Below are positions 39,628-52,613 of a stretch of DNA of 64,000 bases, one piece after another (the first letter of the stretch is position 1; each line of letters opens with the position of its first letter). Source of the stretch: Yuukianura sp. NJ FZ-2021 (taxonomy: Eukaryota); the NCBI GenBank assembly GCA_046563655.1, contig CM102284.1, positions 4,464,001 to 4,528,000 on the forward strand, given 5' to 3'. A program made the position numbers and the translations under genes. Under the pieces are notes generated by a model, which saw only the letters and a program-made list of their open reading frames with translations, was not told the origin of the DNA and did no database searches.

Positions 39628-41146
39628 ATGGTGCTACGACATATTCGTCCTCCAGTTCCGTCGTCAGCGATTCTCAGTATTCGGGAGTCTGACGACGGAG
39701 ATGACGAATCCTGCCCAATTGATTTGTCCAACAAACACGCTTCGTCACCAAGTGAAGTTCCACGAAACTTGTCCAGTCCAAATCACTCCGTCCAGAATCC
39801 GTCAAGAACTGCTTTAGGAACGTACCGAACTCACGGGTCTCACAGTTCAGTCCGATGGCGTCCGAGTGGCCATGTCATGCTGCTTCGAAACGACGAAAAT
39901 TCTATAGTTGATGACACCGATGTTCACTCAGGGGAACACCACGGCCAAAATTTCATACCACTTTCTCGAATTCAAGCGCGCTACCAACAGCGTCATGGTC
40001 AGCATTCCCAAAATTCTGACAGTTCTCCAGAACAAAGAGCGCATGTCTCTCCCAGTCCAGAACCACGAGCGCCTGACAAAGTACTCACAAAGAGAGCCCG
40101 ACTCGACTGTCTCATTTCTCATATCAAACAATCCAAACCCCCGAGTGGATCACGTTCGGATGCTACGACTCCACCCGAACTCGGAAGTAGCTTTAGTGAC
40201 GACCAGGGGAGTCTGCGCACCTCACCTACTGAACCACCACCACAGTTCAATGGACTAGGAATTCCGAGATACCATCCGACATCCGAAGATGACGAACCAT
40301 GCAACTTGGCTTGTGCCAAACAACGACCAAACGATACTCCCGAACCGATCAAATTTGATACTTGGAAAACTAAAGGACCAATGGAAGACCTTGCTCCGTT
40401 GTCACCGGATCCGGAAGCCTTTCAGCAACAAATGACTCAACTGCAACTCACAGCATCGGCGGCCATGATGGGAGACGGTGGAGGTGGACTTATCAAAGGA
40501 ATGCAGGGCTACCCGCCTTGGTTCATTTTGAATTACTATTCACAACTATTTCATAATTTCCAAGCACAACAAATTCTGCATCAGTACGCTCTGCAATCCA
40601 ACAATTCAACGTCTACAGTCACTCCAGATGAAAAGGTAAGAACTGAAAATTTCAATTTTTTGAAAATCAAAAGAAATAAGACATTTTTGGCAAATTGTGG
40701 TTTACCGTATTTGCAAACGGGAAGAATGAAAGGTTGATTCTGATTGGTGCAGCCTAGAAAATGATTTTTGTTGGTTTGTTTAGAGTCCAAGTACCCCCAG
40801 AAGTTCCCTTGGAATGGCCGGGTACAACTGTCAGTCCCCCCTTTCTCCAGCGTCTTTAAGTGAAGGTCAACTTGGGGCAGAGTCTGACGATGGTTCCGTT
40901 GGACAGATTACATCAGTTTGTGTCAATGGGAAAAGAGCTCCAAGGGCCATGACAGGACGCCATGTCCGAACGGGTACAGGGGCCTCCCCTGCCACACTTC
41001 AAACTCTGCGTCTAAAAATTGAGGAGCGACAACGCTTAAAAGCACAGCAACTTCGCTCAGACGGTGATCAGCGTCAACTTCCCAAAAACAGAAACGGAAC
41101 GGCTGCCCAAAACTTGTTCAAGCTCCACAAAAAAACAAAGAAGTGA
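39628..41146 (+). CDS. Uncharacterised nuclear-type protein, 456 aa, with PIDLS (CtBP-binding PxDLS) motif and basic C-terminal block
   Basis: Exons 39628-40635 (AAG|gtaaga) and 40784-41146 (tttag|AGT), in phase. An upstream UTR acceptor tctctcag lies at ~39489. Motifs: CPIDLS, KRARLDCLISHI, RAMTGRHVRTGTGASPATLQTLRLKIEERQR. Confidence 0.8.
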
Positions 41147-44100
41147 GACTTTTGGGGAAGTTTGCAAATTCAGTTTCGAAAATTTGCAAACAACGAAACT
41201 TTTTTAACGACGAAAGCCAGTGAACTGCGTAATGCATTCCATTATTTATTTAAAAGTATCAATTTCCGTTTCAAACTAAACGTGTCTCCCGCCATTTGTT
41301 AGTTTTAGAAGTTACGGTTAGTTTCCACGGTCAAAGGTCAAGTTATGCCATCAAAGTTGAAGGTGGAGAATTTCCGCTGTAGCTCAATTACATTACAAGT
41401 TAATTGAAACAACTCCACATCGTCTGCCTATTGAAGGAATTACTTTACTATAGTCTAGGCGCTCACGATTGTTGCAACTAATTTATTGACTTTCTCCAAG
41501 GATTTGGTACAGGCTCAATATTTAATTAATTGTTGACAAATTTAGTTAATGCCATTCTCTAAGGTACGAGATTTACATTCCAAAAGTTTTAAGGTACAGT
41601 AATAGATGAATAATTATAAAATATTAATTTATTTTTATTTATCTTTTTACCCAGTAGACTAAAATACTCCAAAAGTTTAGATTACTAATTAGATATTTTA
41701 TGAATTTTGAAAACTGAATAGCATCGAACCGTCTCAACTTCCGAAAATACCTACAATTTCTACAAGAATTACCTTTTTAAACAGTTTTCTAACATAATGC
41801 TATAGTTTAAAAAATGTCAAGTGCCGTATACCCAGAAACTCTGTATGTTCATTGAGTCAGTATTGAAATTAACAATTAGTTAATACCCTTAACATGTTAT
41901 GTATTTCCGATTCCTGAATTTGTCTCAACTCGATCTTTGTACTATTTATTTCAAAATTCATATTTTAAAACATTCCAAACTTTGCTCAATTTTGAACTAC
42001 CTAAAATTCATGGTCCTGTTCTGCAAGTTGTTATGAAAGTTTAAATTTTACTCATCAAAGAAAATACTTTTGGTCTGAAGCTATCCTAATGTCATGGAAT
42101 AAGGAACATTTAATAAAAATCAATGCAATTTACACCTAATGTCTAAAATGTACTGAAACTCAAAGAACAAAGCAAGTCAGACCTTAGCAACATACTTGAC
42201 GTTGACACGGAAAAATTGGGGAAATCTAAAAGTTCGTTTTTTCTACATTGTAAAATGTTTGACGCATCTTGGAAACTTTTTTTGCACTTTAAGAACACAA
42301 AGAAATAATTCATGTGGGTCATTTCATATGAAGTATACACTTTTATGAAGTTACAAAGGAAATACCGAAGAAAAACTCGTTTGCAGACATTTCTTCATCT
42401 GATGTGAATATCAATCATAAACGGAACCACAGAAGACGAGGCTAAATTACTCACAACACAGTAAAAAACACTAAAATAAATAAAATATAAAAGTATATCG
42501 GTTGCACATTAACTCGTCCATTTCCGCATTTCTATACAAATTATTTTAACTTATGTACCATTTCTGGTAAATCAAAAATTATTAGTTTTTGCTATTCCTG
42601 AATTTTAAATTGTTACGCTTGCTTGACTCGTGTCGACATTTGAATCAAAATTGTAATTTTTGTGAAATGAAATTGTGGCGAATGTAATTTTGTTAAATAC
42701 ATTTTTTGTACGAAATGTGTGACATTGGTTTTACTGTTTGCGTGCAACTCAGAAAACTAAAAATCTTACGTGACTATATAAAGTCGAGTCTTCAAAAGAC
42801 CTTTAAACTGCTTATAATTACTTGCCATGTTTAAGAAATTTTCTAATTCATTTGTACTTTGAAATACGACGCAAATTGAGTAGATTAAGGCATGGAAAAA
42901 ACTCGATCTGTTCAAAATGACGAGCGTACTGAGGTGATGCCGTGATGATTTTGAACATTTCCATATCCTTTTGACATGGCTCAAGATTTACTGTGTGTTT
43001 TTTTATGTAATCCAGTTTAATAATAGTGATATGGTTGACGTGGACTAAAGGTAAAAAAATAACGCAATTCCTTGACTACTAAAATTATATTCAGAAGTAG
43101 TTCACCTTGGATGAACATTGTCGTCATTCACAAGGCTCCGAGAATAAAACAGCTTTTAGCCAACTTTTGGTGCAAATGTATTACGTTTCTGGGAAATTTC
43201 GATCTTTTTGAATTAACTTTTTTCTCAAGAATTGGTATTGTGATTCATCAGTTTACGAGATTTGTGCTAAAAACAACTTTTATCTTGATTTCAACCGGCC
43301 AAGTAATCACCACTGATGTAACACAATGAATCCGATGAGAACGAAAATTTTAATGTTTGGAATATTTTGAAGACGTTGCAGCATTAGATTTGGAAGATAC
43401 CAAGGGTATAGCAATGCAAAATTTCCAATATGTATTACGTTTTTTCGTCATTTTTTTTCTACAAATTTTTGATTTTTCGTTTTATTTTTGAAATATTGCA
43501 TAGATATCATATAGAATTCGAATTTTTACAACCACTACGTTAACTCCTTTTTTCTTTTCTTTTTTAATTTTTTTTTTGCGGGAAACGATTGGGAATGGCT
43601 TTTAACGTGTAAAAAGTGAAAAGGAAGAAAAAATTTTTATTTCGAAAAAGTTGGCGAAGAAAGTTTCTTTCCTCCGAAAAAGTTTTGGTCTAGTGAAATT
43701 TCAAAAAAAAAATTGTGCTAATTTCACGTTTAGTGTGAAAACAAGCCTTTGAGTGAGTTTAGTACAAACGAATCGGGGAGCGGAGGTGTAAAACCCGATT
43801 TTTTCCAGAGCGGAAGATCAGAAGCCTGATCGGAAGGTAGTTGGAAAGAACAGGAAGAGTCTGTGAGCGGAGGGTACGCTCAACAGATCGGTGATTGCAG
43901 GAACGTAGCAAGTTTGCCGAGCTAGATGTCAGTCAGATCATCTGGCTCGCCAAAGTGGGTGTTGCACTAGGTACGAAAGTAAGTAGGAAGAAGAACTGAA
44001 AAGCACTTTAGTAGCTAAATTTTCAATTCAGTTACGTAAGCTAATTGAGTATCACAAGCTTTAACTTTGACCTTCAGAAAAATGAACAAAAAGAAATCAG

Positions 44101-45606
44101 TTTCACCAAGAAGAATGACTTTGAAACCAATTTAGAAAGTCAATTAGCCCTTGACCATTGTTCCGCATAAATGCGGAGTTAATTTTTAAGCAATTAAAAG
44201 TGGAGTGTGACTTCGTCTAGATTCTTAGGCAATCACGATGCTTCCAATGGAGGGAGCATAAGATTTTAAGGTGTAGTGTAGTTCCATTTTTCCAAAAGAT
44301 GATGAAGATGAACTTATGCAGATCCACTTGCACGCTTCTTGCGTCACCACACGCAGTTTGAACTCAAACTTAACGTTCGACATTTGGACATGGGCGTTTG
44401 CTTAAATAGTGGCATTGTTACCATCGCATTTCATTGTCTCCCGTGTCGTTAACCTCTTTAATCTAACAATTTAGGTTCTGTGTGGGCCTAACGCTAAGAA
44501 TCTAGCGGAACTTCAATTAAAAACTTTTTGTTCACAAGGAAGTTCAGATTCAGTTGAGTGGGAAGCCACCTCTTGAGACCAAATCCAAAAGAATCGCAAA
44601 AGTGTGAAAAAAGACGCCAAAAGATCAACAACTTCAGAATTCTTATCGTTGTGTCAACATTTTCGCAGTTAGTTCCTGTAAAGATGATTAACCTAACGTC
44701 AGTCTCACTTAACCTAACGAAAATATATTTTTGAACAATGAGGCCATTGGCCTACCTTTGTAGTTATTTTGGACATTTCTGAAATTTCGGTGTCCTTGGG
44801 ACATATCCCTGGTCCACTTAAGATCTTTGGCTCCCTTGGAATCCGTGTTATATCCAAAGTTCTTACTCTAGTTTCATGTGCTTGGAAACGCATTTCGCTA
44901 TACGTACATGCTAAAAGCTTCATCTTATAAATTTTAAGCTTTGAAAGGCAGGGGTTGACCAAAAAATTCCAAAAGGAACCACCATACCAACCCTCTTCTG
45001 TCAACAATCAACCACTTTCCGTTGCATCTCTGCATCTTGCCCATACAATTCAGCATAAAAACTTTGAATCTTTCGTGCGTTTAGTTGAAGAGTTCTATTC
45101 ATAGGGAATCCAGTTCTGTTTTTTAGTTCTTCCTAACGATAAGTCCAAGCCGTTGAGGAATTCAAGTCAATCCAGGTGAGTTTCATTTCAATTAAGCTTA
45201 GGCTTTTAGTTTGTGGTCAATGGATTTTTAACGACATTCGAGGATTTTATGTCTCAAAAGTTATTTTTTTCCATCAATTGCGCAGAAGAAGCTGGAAAAG
45301 TTAATTTTACAGCGTAGCATTTCCACTTTCAACGATTTCCAGGACAAAGCTATTTCCAGGGGATCGATTTTCTCTGTCTGTTTTTTGTGGATGTTCCCTT
45401 GACCTTGATTTTCCACCGACTGAGGCTTCGCTCTGTGTAAACTTTTCCATCAGGATAGACTAGTATCTAGGACAGCTCCAGACGAAGTGGACGTAAAGGA
45501 AACAGTAATTTTTGGATTCATTTCAGGAGGTCAACTACAGGTCAACGGCAACCGACAAGGTTTTGAGAGGAAAGAAGTTTCGAAATTTTGGATTCTTAAA
45601 AAAAAG

Positions 45607-46713
45607 ATGCCAAACTGTCCAAAGTGCAACAAGGCAGTTTACTTTGGTAAGACGAAGCTTTCTTTTGGTAATTTTGAGTAATTGGAAAATTGCGAAGATT
45701 AATTATTGGCACTTTCAGTTTCTTTGTATGTGTTAACAAGAATATTAAAGAGTTCTTGTTTTCTTGTTTGTTAGGAAAATTAAAATTGTGGTTTGGGAAA
45801 ATCAATGAGGTTGGGCAGTTGTTTTCAAAAGACTTTTTGTTTTCAATTCCCACAACCCAGAATCCGAAATTTTGAAAACTTTCGTGTATAATTTGCACAA
45901 AAGTTGAATTTTTGTCACGTCCGTCGTCATTTCAGGCATTTGTTTAACTTTTACAAAATTTTCAAAAAATGTTTTTGAATTTAGCTGAGCGGAAGTCTTC
46001 GCTGGGCAAAGACTGGCACTCGAGCTGCTTGCGCTGCGAGCGCTGCAACAAGACGCTTACGCCGGGTAGCCATGCAGAACATGAAGGTCTTCCGTATTGT
46101 CACAGACCGTGCTACGCAACGCTCTTTGGACCGTCAGGTAAACCTAGTTAAGCGTAATCTAATTAACAAAAGGCAATTAACTCTTGAGAAATTAACACAC
46201 TTTACTTCCCATCGTCCACCCTCTTCCTGTTACATCCTAGTAAATAGAAACAATTCATCACACAAACTAAAAGCATAGTCAACAAAATCCAAGGTCAAGG
46301 TCACTTTTCAATCAACATAAGACTAAAAAGCATATCAACTTACTTTAACTGCGTTCAAGGACACACTCTCGTCCAATCCACTTTAAACAGAGTGATAATT
46401 AAGTACAATTAATTAACTAATTTTTAGCGCTAGGATGTAATCTCTAGAAACCAGTTTTAAGACTTAAAACCGCCCTAAAATATTCCTGTACTTTCCCAAG
46501 TTGCTCTGAATTTGCCTGTAGTTTCGAGCTTTTCTGGCTGGTGACATTTGCACTACTCATATACAATATTTTATTATGATTATATTATAATAATTCAACA
46601 ACTAACAACTTATTTTATTATGATATTTTTTAGGGTATGGACACGGTGGAGCAGCTGAAAGCTTCATCTATACTGCTCCTACTCCAGCAAAGACTCCGAC
46701 TGCAACTAACTGA
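45607..46713 (+). CDS. CRIP1: Cysteine-rich intestinal protein-like single-LIM protein, 90 aa
   Basis: Exons 45607-45646, 45985-46137, 46634-46713 give [75 protein letters not shown]...: a LIM zinc-ligand pattern plus the CRIP Gly-rich tail. Confidence 0.95.
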
Positions 46714-47700
46714 ACACCGAGAGGTCAAAGGGCACCGCAGCCACCAATTCCACAAAATACATACCTCTTACTTTAAACATAATTTCTCCATTTCTCCATA
46801 GCTGTAGCCAGTTTATGTTGTAGGATAGATTTAATAATATCCTAGCAACCTTCAGTAATAGTCTAACTTAGGTTAACTTATCCTTACTAACCTATTATAC
46901 TTCTAATATCACAAAGTGATCTGATTTGTCTAAACTTTCAGAAAGTAACTGTAAAATTGCCTAATGACAGGGACTGATTTCCCATTGTATTTTTTCCCAT
47001 TCCATATTTGTAATTATTGTAACCCTCATCCCGCTGTTTTAGTTTGGGAAGAGAAATGGAAGAATTACATAATCAAAGTGTCAAAAAACAGCAAATTGAT
47101 GTAGGCGGTGCTACATAAAAAAAAGTAGGTCGGGATTGTATTCTTGTAAAACAAAAAATATGAACTACATAATGTTACTCGTAATAATTAACATTACGTT
47201 TATGACTATTGTTACTCAACAGACTGTAAATTGACTTTGATGAATCAATCAAATTTAGGCCAGGTCAAGGGTCAAGGTGGTTCAATGTTCAACCTAACAT
47301 AAAACTAACCTAATTCAGAATAATAAACTACTATATTCTGTCAAAAAATTTTTTGGATTGAATTTCAAGTTAGGTTTTCAACTCTGCTGCGAAAAATGTT
47401 AGACTTTTTGGACTTTTTGACCAATCGCAGATGCCTGACCTGAAGCGAACTTTTTTGTTTTTGAAGTTTTCAACACAAAGTCATTAATCCTAGAGATATT
47501 GAGCTAAACACTCCAATTTACTATTTGTGTATAAACATAAAGTCTAAATGATAGACTTGGAGAGGAGCTGCGAAAGGTCACAGGTCAACCTGATTCAAGT
47601 TCATTCGCTTTGCTCAAACTTTGGTGTCATTTACAATTTGAGTTGAAGGCAAACGAGACAGGAAGACGAAAGTCAGATCTGTTGTACAAAAATTTGAAAA

Positions 47701-49593
47701 ATGAAGAACAAATCAATTTTGTTCCAAATTTTGATATTGTTTTTGGCAAACAGTTTTTGCAAGAGTGAAAGTGTCAGTTCCGACATACGTTTTCTCGCTC
47801 AAACAATTGACACCTTAGGTGACAAAATCAAGAAAGACTTGGATGACAATTTTAGAAAGTTGAGTGCACAGTTGGAAGCTAATGGGAAACAAGTCAGTAA
47901 AACTTTGTCAATATTTGAACGAGAATGGAAATCAAAAACGACTCGACTTTCAGCTCTAGAGGAAAAACAGGACGAAGTACAAGCGTCGATTATGAAATTG
48001 AGTCAAATTGTTCATCAATTGCAATCTTTTCATGTTCAATTTGAACTAAAACTTCAAAATATTCTGGAAGCTCAAAGCACAAGCACCACTACTACTGAAA
48101 CGCCTCGGGCGAGACCGAATCCAATGATGTACAAGACTATCAGTTCCGACCGTGAATCTGAAGAAATCGATTCGGGTCCGGAACAAAACCGAATCCCTAT
48201 TATTCAATCGTCAGAAGAAATTCTAGATTGGGAGGAAGAATCACCAGACTTCAATGCAATTTCGAAGGTGATTTACGCTGAAAGTGAGCCTACAGAAGTC
48301 GTACCGATTCAAATTCAACATGATGATGCTGCCACTTTCTACTTGAGCGGAACGCCCGAGTCGTTCCGAACATTAGAACCGATTCCGCTGTCGGAACAAC
48401 CAAGTTTAGTCAGCGTCGAGCTTTATTACGTCCGGATTTTGCCTGAAGTACTTTCATCATCGTTGAAAAATTGTACAAACCTCAAATCATTAAAATTGAT
48501 TCAAGTGAAGCTAGAAGGTGATTGGTTCAACAGAAGCTGGACCGCAGGCGAGGAGAATCAAATTGTACTTCCAGCTCTAGAGGACTTTGTGCTGGACCAA
48601 GTAGGAGTCCTGAGCTTGCGAAATGACACCATTTTCAGCAAGTGGGCCGAAATTGATGAACTGTTGAAAGCTGTTGACAAGACCTACTTAAAGCGTCTCA
48701 TCTTCTTTGATAAGGTCACAGGTCAAGGTGAACCGGCTTTGGACATAGAGAGAGTGACAAGTCTAGGGACAAACATTGACCTAAGAATTGATGGAATTAG
48801 GATCTTTAGACTAAATGTTGAAGAAGGAGAGATGAACTCAATGTTGAAATTTACAAATGAGTTTTTGAAATATCTGGATCCAAGTTTCATTTTAAGAAAA
48901 GTGGCCATCAGTGCTTGGCGTCTTGACCTTGACCTCCTTCCCGACTCCATAACACATCTCAACATGAATTATGTCCTTGACCCCAGTGATGGACATCGGT
49001 TCAACCGAAAACTCCAGGAATTGCATAGCCTCCAAGACCTTAACATTTTCATTGGGAATCAAAGGGACTTTGGATGGTCCCTTACAGCCATTCCGCTTTT
49101 ACAGCTCAAGAACCTTACCATTCGCTATTCAGACGTTCGAGATTTTCCGACAAACTCTCTCCTTCGACTCGACTTTCTCTACTTTCACTTGTGCCAGTTT
49201 GACATTGAATTTGTCCAGAACTTTCCAAAAGTCTTTGAATCAGTCCACGTAGGAGTCACTTTCCGGAAGGATTCAAGTGGCAGCGGACTCCAAGGGGCCT
49301 TTCTACGCTCAATTCTTATGACCCCTGTTCAGTGGATTTTCGTTCAGAACTTTGATAGAAAAATGACAAAGTCAGATTCTCCAGAACGCCTCAACGGCCT
49401 GACCAGATTGGAACAATTTCTGGAAAGGACTGGTGTCCCGAACGGTATCAGTCACTTTGTTCTACAAAAAATTCGGGGGACTTGGCGTGGAAGGGCCCTT
49501 GATGCAGCGGAACTTGTCAAATTAACACTACAACTGATGGGAACTGACAAATTTGTAACGCTTGAAACGTACCAAAAGATTTTTCAGTCTTAG
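47701..49593 (+). CDS. Intronless predicted secreted protein, 630 aa: signal peptide, coiled coil, Thr/acidic linker, degenerate LRR-like C-terminal region
   Basis: Uninterrupted 1.9-kb ORF with aaaATG start. Hydrophobic N-terminus (ILFQILILFLANS), heptad-rich residues ~28-125, and LxxLxL-type repeats (NLKSLKL, ALEDFVL, SITHLNM, SLQDLNI, QLKNLTI). Confidence 0.85.
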   Translation: MKNKSILFQILILFLANSFCKSESVSSDIRFLAQTIDTLGDKIKKDLDDNFRKLSAQLEANGKQVSKTLSIFEREWKSKTTRLSALEEKQDEVQASIMKLSQIVHQLQSFHVQFELKLQNILEAQSTSTTTTETPRARPNPMMYKTISSDRESEEIDSGPEQNRIPIIQSSEEILDWEEESPDFNAISKVIYAESEPTEVVPIQIQHDDAATFYLSGTPESFRTLEPIPLSEQPSLVSVELYYVRILPEVLSSSLKNCTNLKSLKLIQVKLEGDWFNRSWTAGEENQIVLPALEDFVLDQVGVLSLRNDTIFSKWAEIDELLKAVDKTYLKRLIFFDKVTGQGEPALDIERVTSLGTNIDLRIDGIRIFRLNVEEGEMNSMLKFTNEFLKYLDPSFILRKVAISAWRLDLDLLPDSITHLNMNYVLDPSDGHRFNRKLQELHSLQDLNIFIGNQRDFGWSLTAIPLLQLKNLTIRYSDVRDFPTNSLLRLDFLYFHLCQFDIEFVQNFPKVFESVHVGVTFRKDSSGSGLQGAFLRSILMTPVQWIFVQNFDRKMTKSDSPERLNGLTRLEQFLERTGVPNGISHFVLQKIRGTWRGRALDAAELVKLTLQLMGTDKFVTLETYQKIFQS

Positions 49594-49896
49594 CCTCTCA
49601 AGTTAAGCTCTGTAACTAAGGTCAGTTGAGGGAAAAGTTTACGGTTCAAAAATTAGTTTGAAACTTTTACATCAAAATAAAATGGAAGAAGAAAGTTTTG
49701 ATTGAAAACAGAATTTAAGCACATGACATGCAGAGCTCAAGCGTTCTTTTGCTTTCCTTATTTATAAAATTTTCAACTTATATTTTAGTTGTATAAACCT
49801 TAGAAATTATTAACAAATGATTTGTTAAATTTTAAATTTTTTGTGTTAATACAAACTTCTGATTTTGATTTGTTTTGTTGGCTCGAGTGTTTGATT

Positions 49897-52040
49897 TTAG
49901 GCGAAAGCGAGGACGCGCTGGACAGAGTTGATGAAAGCCAAGTTTTCTCCGTCCCATTTCATCTAAAAACAGCAAACATGGTTAAATTTTAATAAAAGTT
50001 AAACTACATCAGTTATTTTTGTTAGAACATCAAATACTTTGCAAAGTGTATTTGCACAATGATTGATATTATGAGCAACTCACAGCATGCTTCTTGGTAC
50101 GAACGACGAATTCAGGATGTTCCAAATTGTGTTTGAATTCCTGCAGCGAAGAGAGCTTTCCAGCAGCCAAAAGCATCAAAATCGCAAGGAACTCTTTTGT
50201 ACTCTCCATTGGAATACACAATTTTTTCAAATCTGTTTCATCAAAATGCATTTTAAAAAATATTTACAAGTTTTCGTTTTAAAGAAAATCATGGAATGTG
50301 AAACTAACTGCGCAAGTTTTCAAGGCCCTTTGGCTGGATATCGCCTTCTCCAGCTCCATGTTTAGTACTACCCGTAGCCCGTTCGATTTCGAGCAATGTT
50401 TTCTAAATGGAATAGAGAAAATTTTGAAATTCGGAAAATTTTGAAAGATTGAAAAATATGATTCACCTGTTGACGAAAAAATTCGGTCACTTGCTTCCGA
50501 TTCAACTGTTTGGCTCCTCCTGTATAGCAATACCAAATGGAATCTCGCTGGCTAGCGACGAGGAATTCTGCTGGATGACTTCCCAAATTCAGTTCCTCCA
50601 AATGGACCAAATTGGCCAAAATGTCCTGCAGCATCGGAATTTGCGGAAACACCCAAAACGTTAGCTTCTTCAAGTTCGGAAACACAATGCCCAACGGAAT
50701 TGGCTCAACTGGGGTGTTGAAGACCGTGAAATCCAAGGACTTGACACTGTCATACACTGGAGTTTCCACGAAGAGTCCCATTTCGTATCGCTGCATGAAG
50801 AATGTCAGCAATTTGAGTCGCGGAAATTGGCCCATTCGAAATGGTCGCAACGGACGAAGATGACGCTGAACTTCTCTCTGAAGATAGTTGCAGCAACTAA
50901 TCTTCAACTTCCGCAAGTTTGTAAACGTAGGAAGTACGAGCTGCATTGGGTCGTACCATTGTCCGCGACTTCTGATATGAAGATTCAGCTCCACCAAGGA
51001 ATCGCACTGGAGTGCAATGAAGCGATTGAAGGCTGAGGAAATTGCAATTAGGTCTGGAATTGGAAGATGCTCAAACACAGCTCCTGCCCCGTTTATATAA
51101 GTCGCATACGACATCTCCAAATTCAGAATTTTGTCGTATCCATGTTCAACCATTTTCGTCAGTGCTGGAACGTCTTTTATGCTCAAAACTGTATCGGCGT
51201 GGAACAGCATTTTAGGTGGCTTGCAACAACAGTCGAACAGGATCGTAGGAAGGTCAACAATGTTTGACGGAGGGTTACGAATATTATCGAGTTCACCAGG
51301 CACTGGCTGGCACTTCAGCTGGAGGTAGTAGAGATTAGGTGACCGTTTGAAAATTTCGGCAAAGAGCGTCCGTGGAAAATTTTTGTATACTTGCCAGTAT
51401 GGAAACGTAATGAGCTCGAGGCAAGGAAGTGTTGATGGAAGAGCAGCCAAATTCTCTTCAGAGAGTACAGGATTTGGAATGTCAACGGTCAAGTACTTCA
51501 ACTCAGAGCACTTGGACAGAAGAGTGGTGACTTTTTCCAGAAATTGACCAGTTTCGTGCACAGTGTACACCGTACTACCTCTTGGAGGCGATTGCGTAAG
51601 GAACAGCGAAGTATATTTGTCCACAGCCGTAGTCAGTTTCTTGATGACAGCGACAGAGAGGCAGGTCAAGTCCAGCTCAAATGCCGTAAATGGAATTGTT
51701 TTTTGGACGCGATTTTTGTTCTTCATCCGCTTCACGAAGGAGTTGATGTCGCTGTTTTCTTCGAAACGTTCAACGATTGGAAATCCTACCGAAGAAATGA
51801 ATTCAGTGACGACATTGTCGAATAACTTGCTGATTTGTCGCAGCTTCAGTCGCTCTTCTGGCTCTACTAGGTCGACCAACTTTTTCACAATCTGTAAAAC
51901 CAGAAAATCTTCTTAAATGCCCTTGGGTTGCTTTTGGGGTCACAAGGTCAAGCTTTTGAATTTGATTCACTTACGAGGTAATTCTCAAATGCATTCTTGC
52001 CACCCTCTTCCGGTTCCGGTGACGTCTGGACGGTGCCCAT
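49897..52040 (-). CDS. F-box / LRR (RNI-like) protein, 599 aa, 5 exons
   Basis: Exons (-): 52040-51975, 51891-50467, 50402-50309, 50232-50084, 49962-49897, all GT-AG and phase-consistent. N-terminal AFENYLIVKKLVDLVEPEERLKLRQISKLFDNVV is F-box-like. Repeats include ELKYLTV, NLYYLQL, SLVELNL, NLRKLKI, RLKLLTF, NLKKLTF and HLEELNL. Confidence 0.8.
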
Positions 52041-52613
52041 CTTCTAACTTCCACACGTCGAGAAGTTGCACTTCACTAGAATTCTTGCGTCAAGAACTGT
52101 CGTAAGATTGCAATACAAAGTCTACACAGCAGCAATCAGTGGTGATAAGACAATGAGCGAGAAGACGGAAGACAGAATAGTGACTGCAGAACTGAATGAA
52201 CTGTGTCGTCGCGTCCTCGTCATCAATGCACTACTGACGACTTGGCTAAACGGAAGCATAAAAATAAAAAACAATGAATGCCAACAAGACCAAAAATTGG
52301 TTTCCTCTGCCATGGAAAGAGAATTCCCAAAAAAAAAATTCTTTTTTCTATTTCCCGCCAGGTTTTGAGATTTTTGCAAAACAATAATAATCATGGGGGT
52401 TTAGACGAAGAAGGGCCTATTTCAAACTTTGAAGAAGAAAAGAGAGACACAGGACACAGACCGAGAAGGAAAACTGCACAACAAAGCAAAATTATCTTCG
52501 TCAATTAACTTTGATTTGTTGACCAGTTGACCTGTTTGCTTCGTTTCCTCCGAGTTTGATTGATTTTGGTTTACTCCGATACTCGAAAACAAAGGATTCC
52601 GAAAATTCCAACG

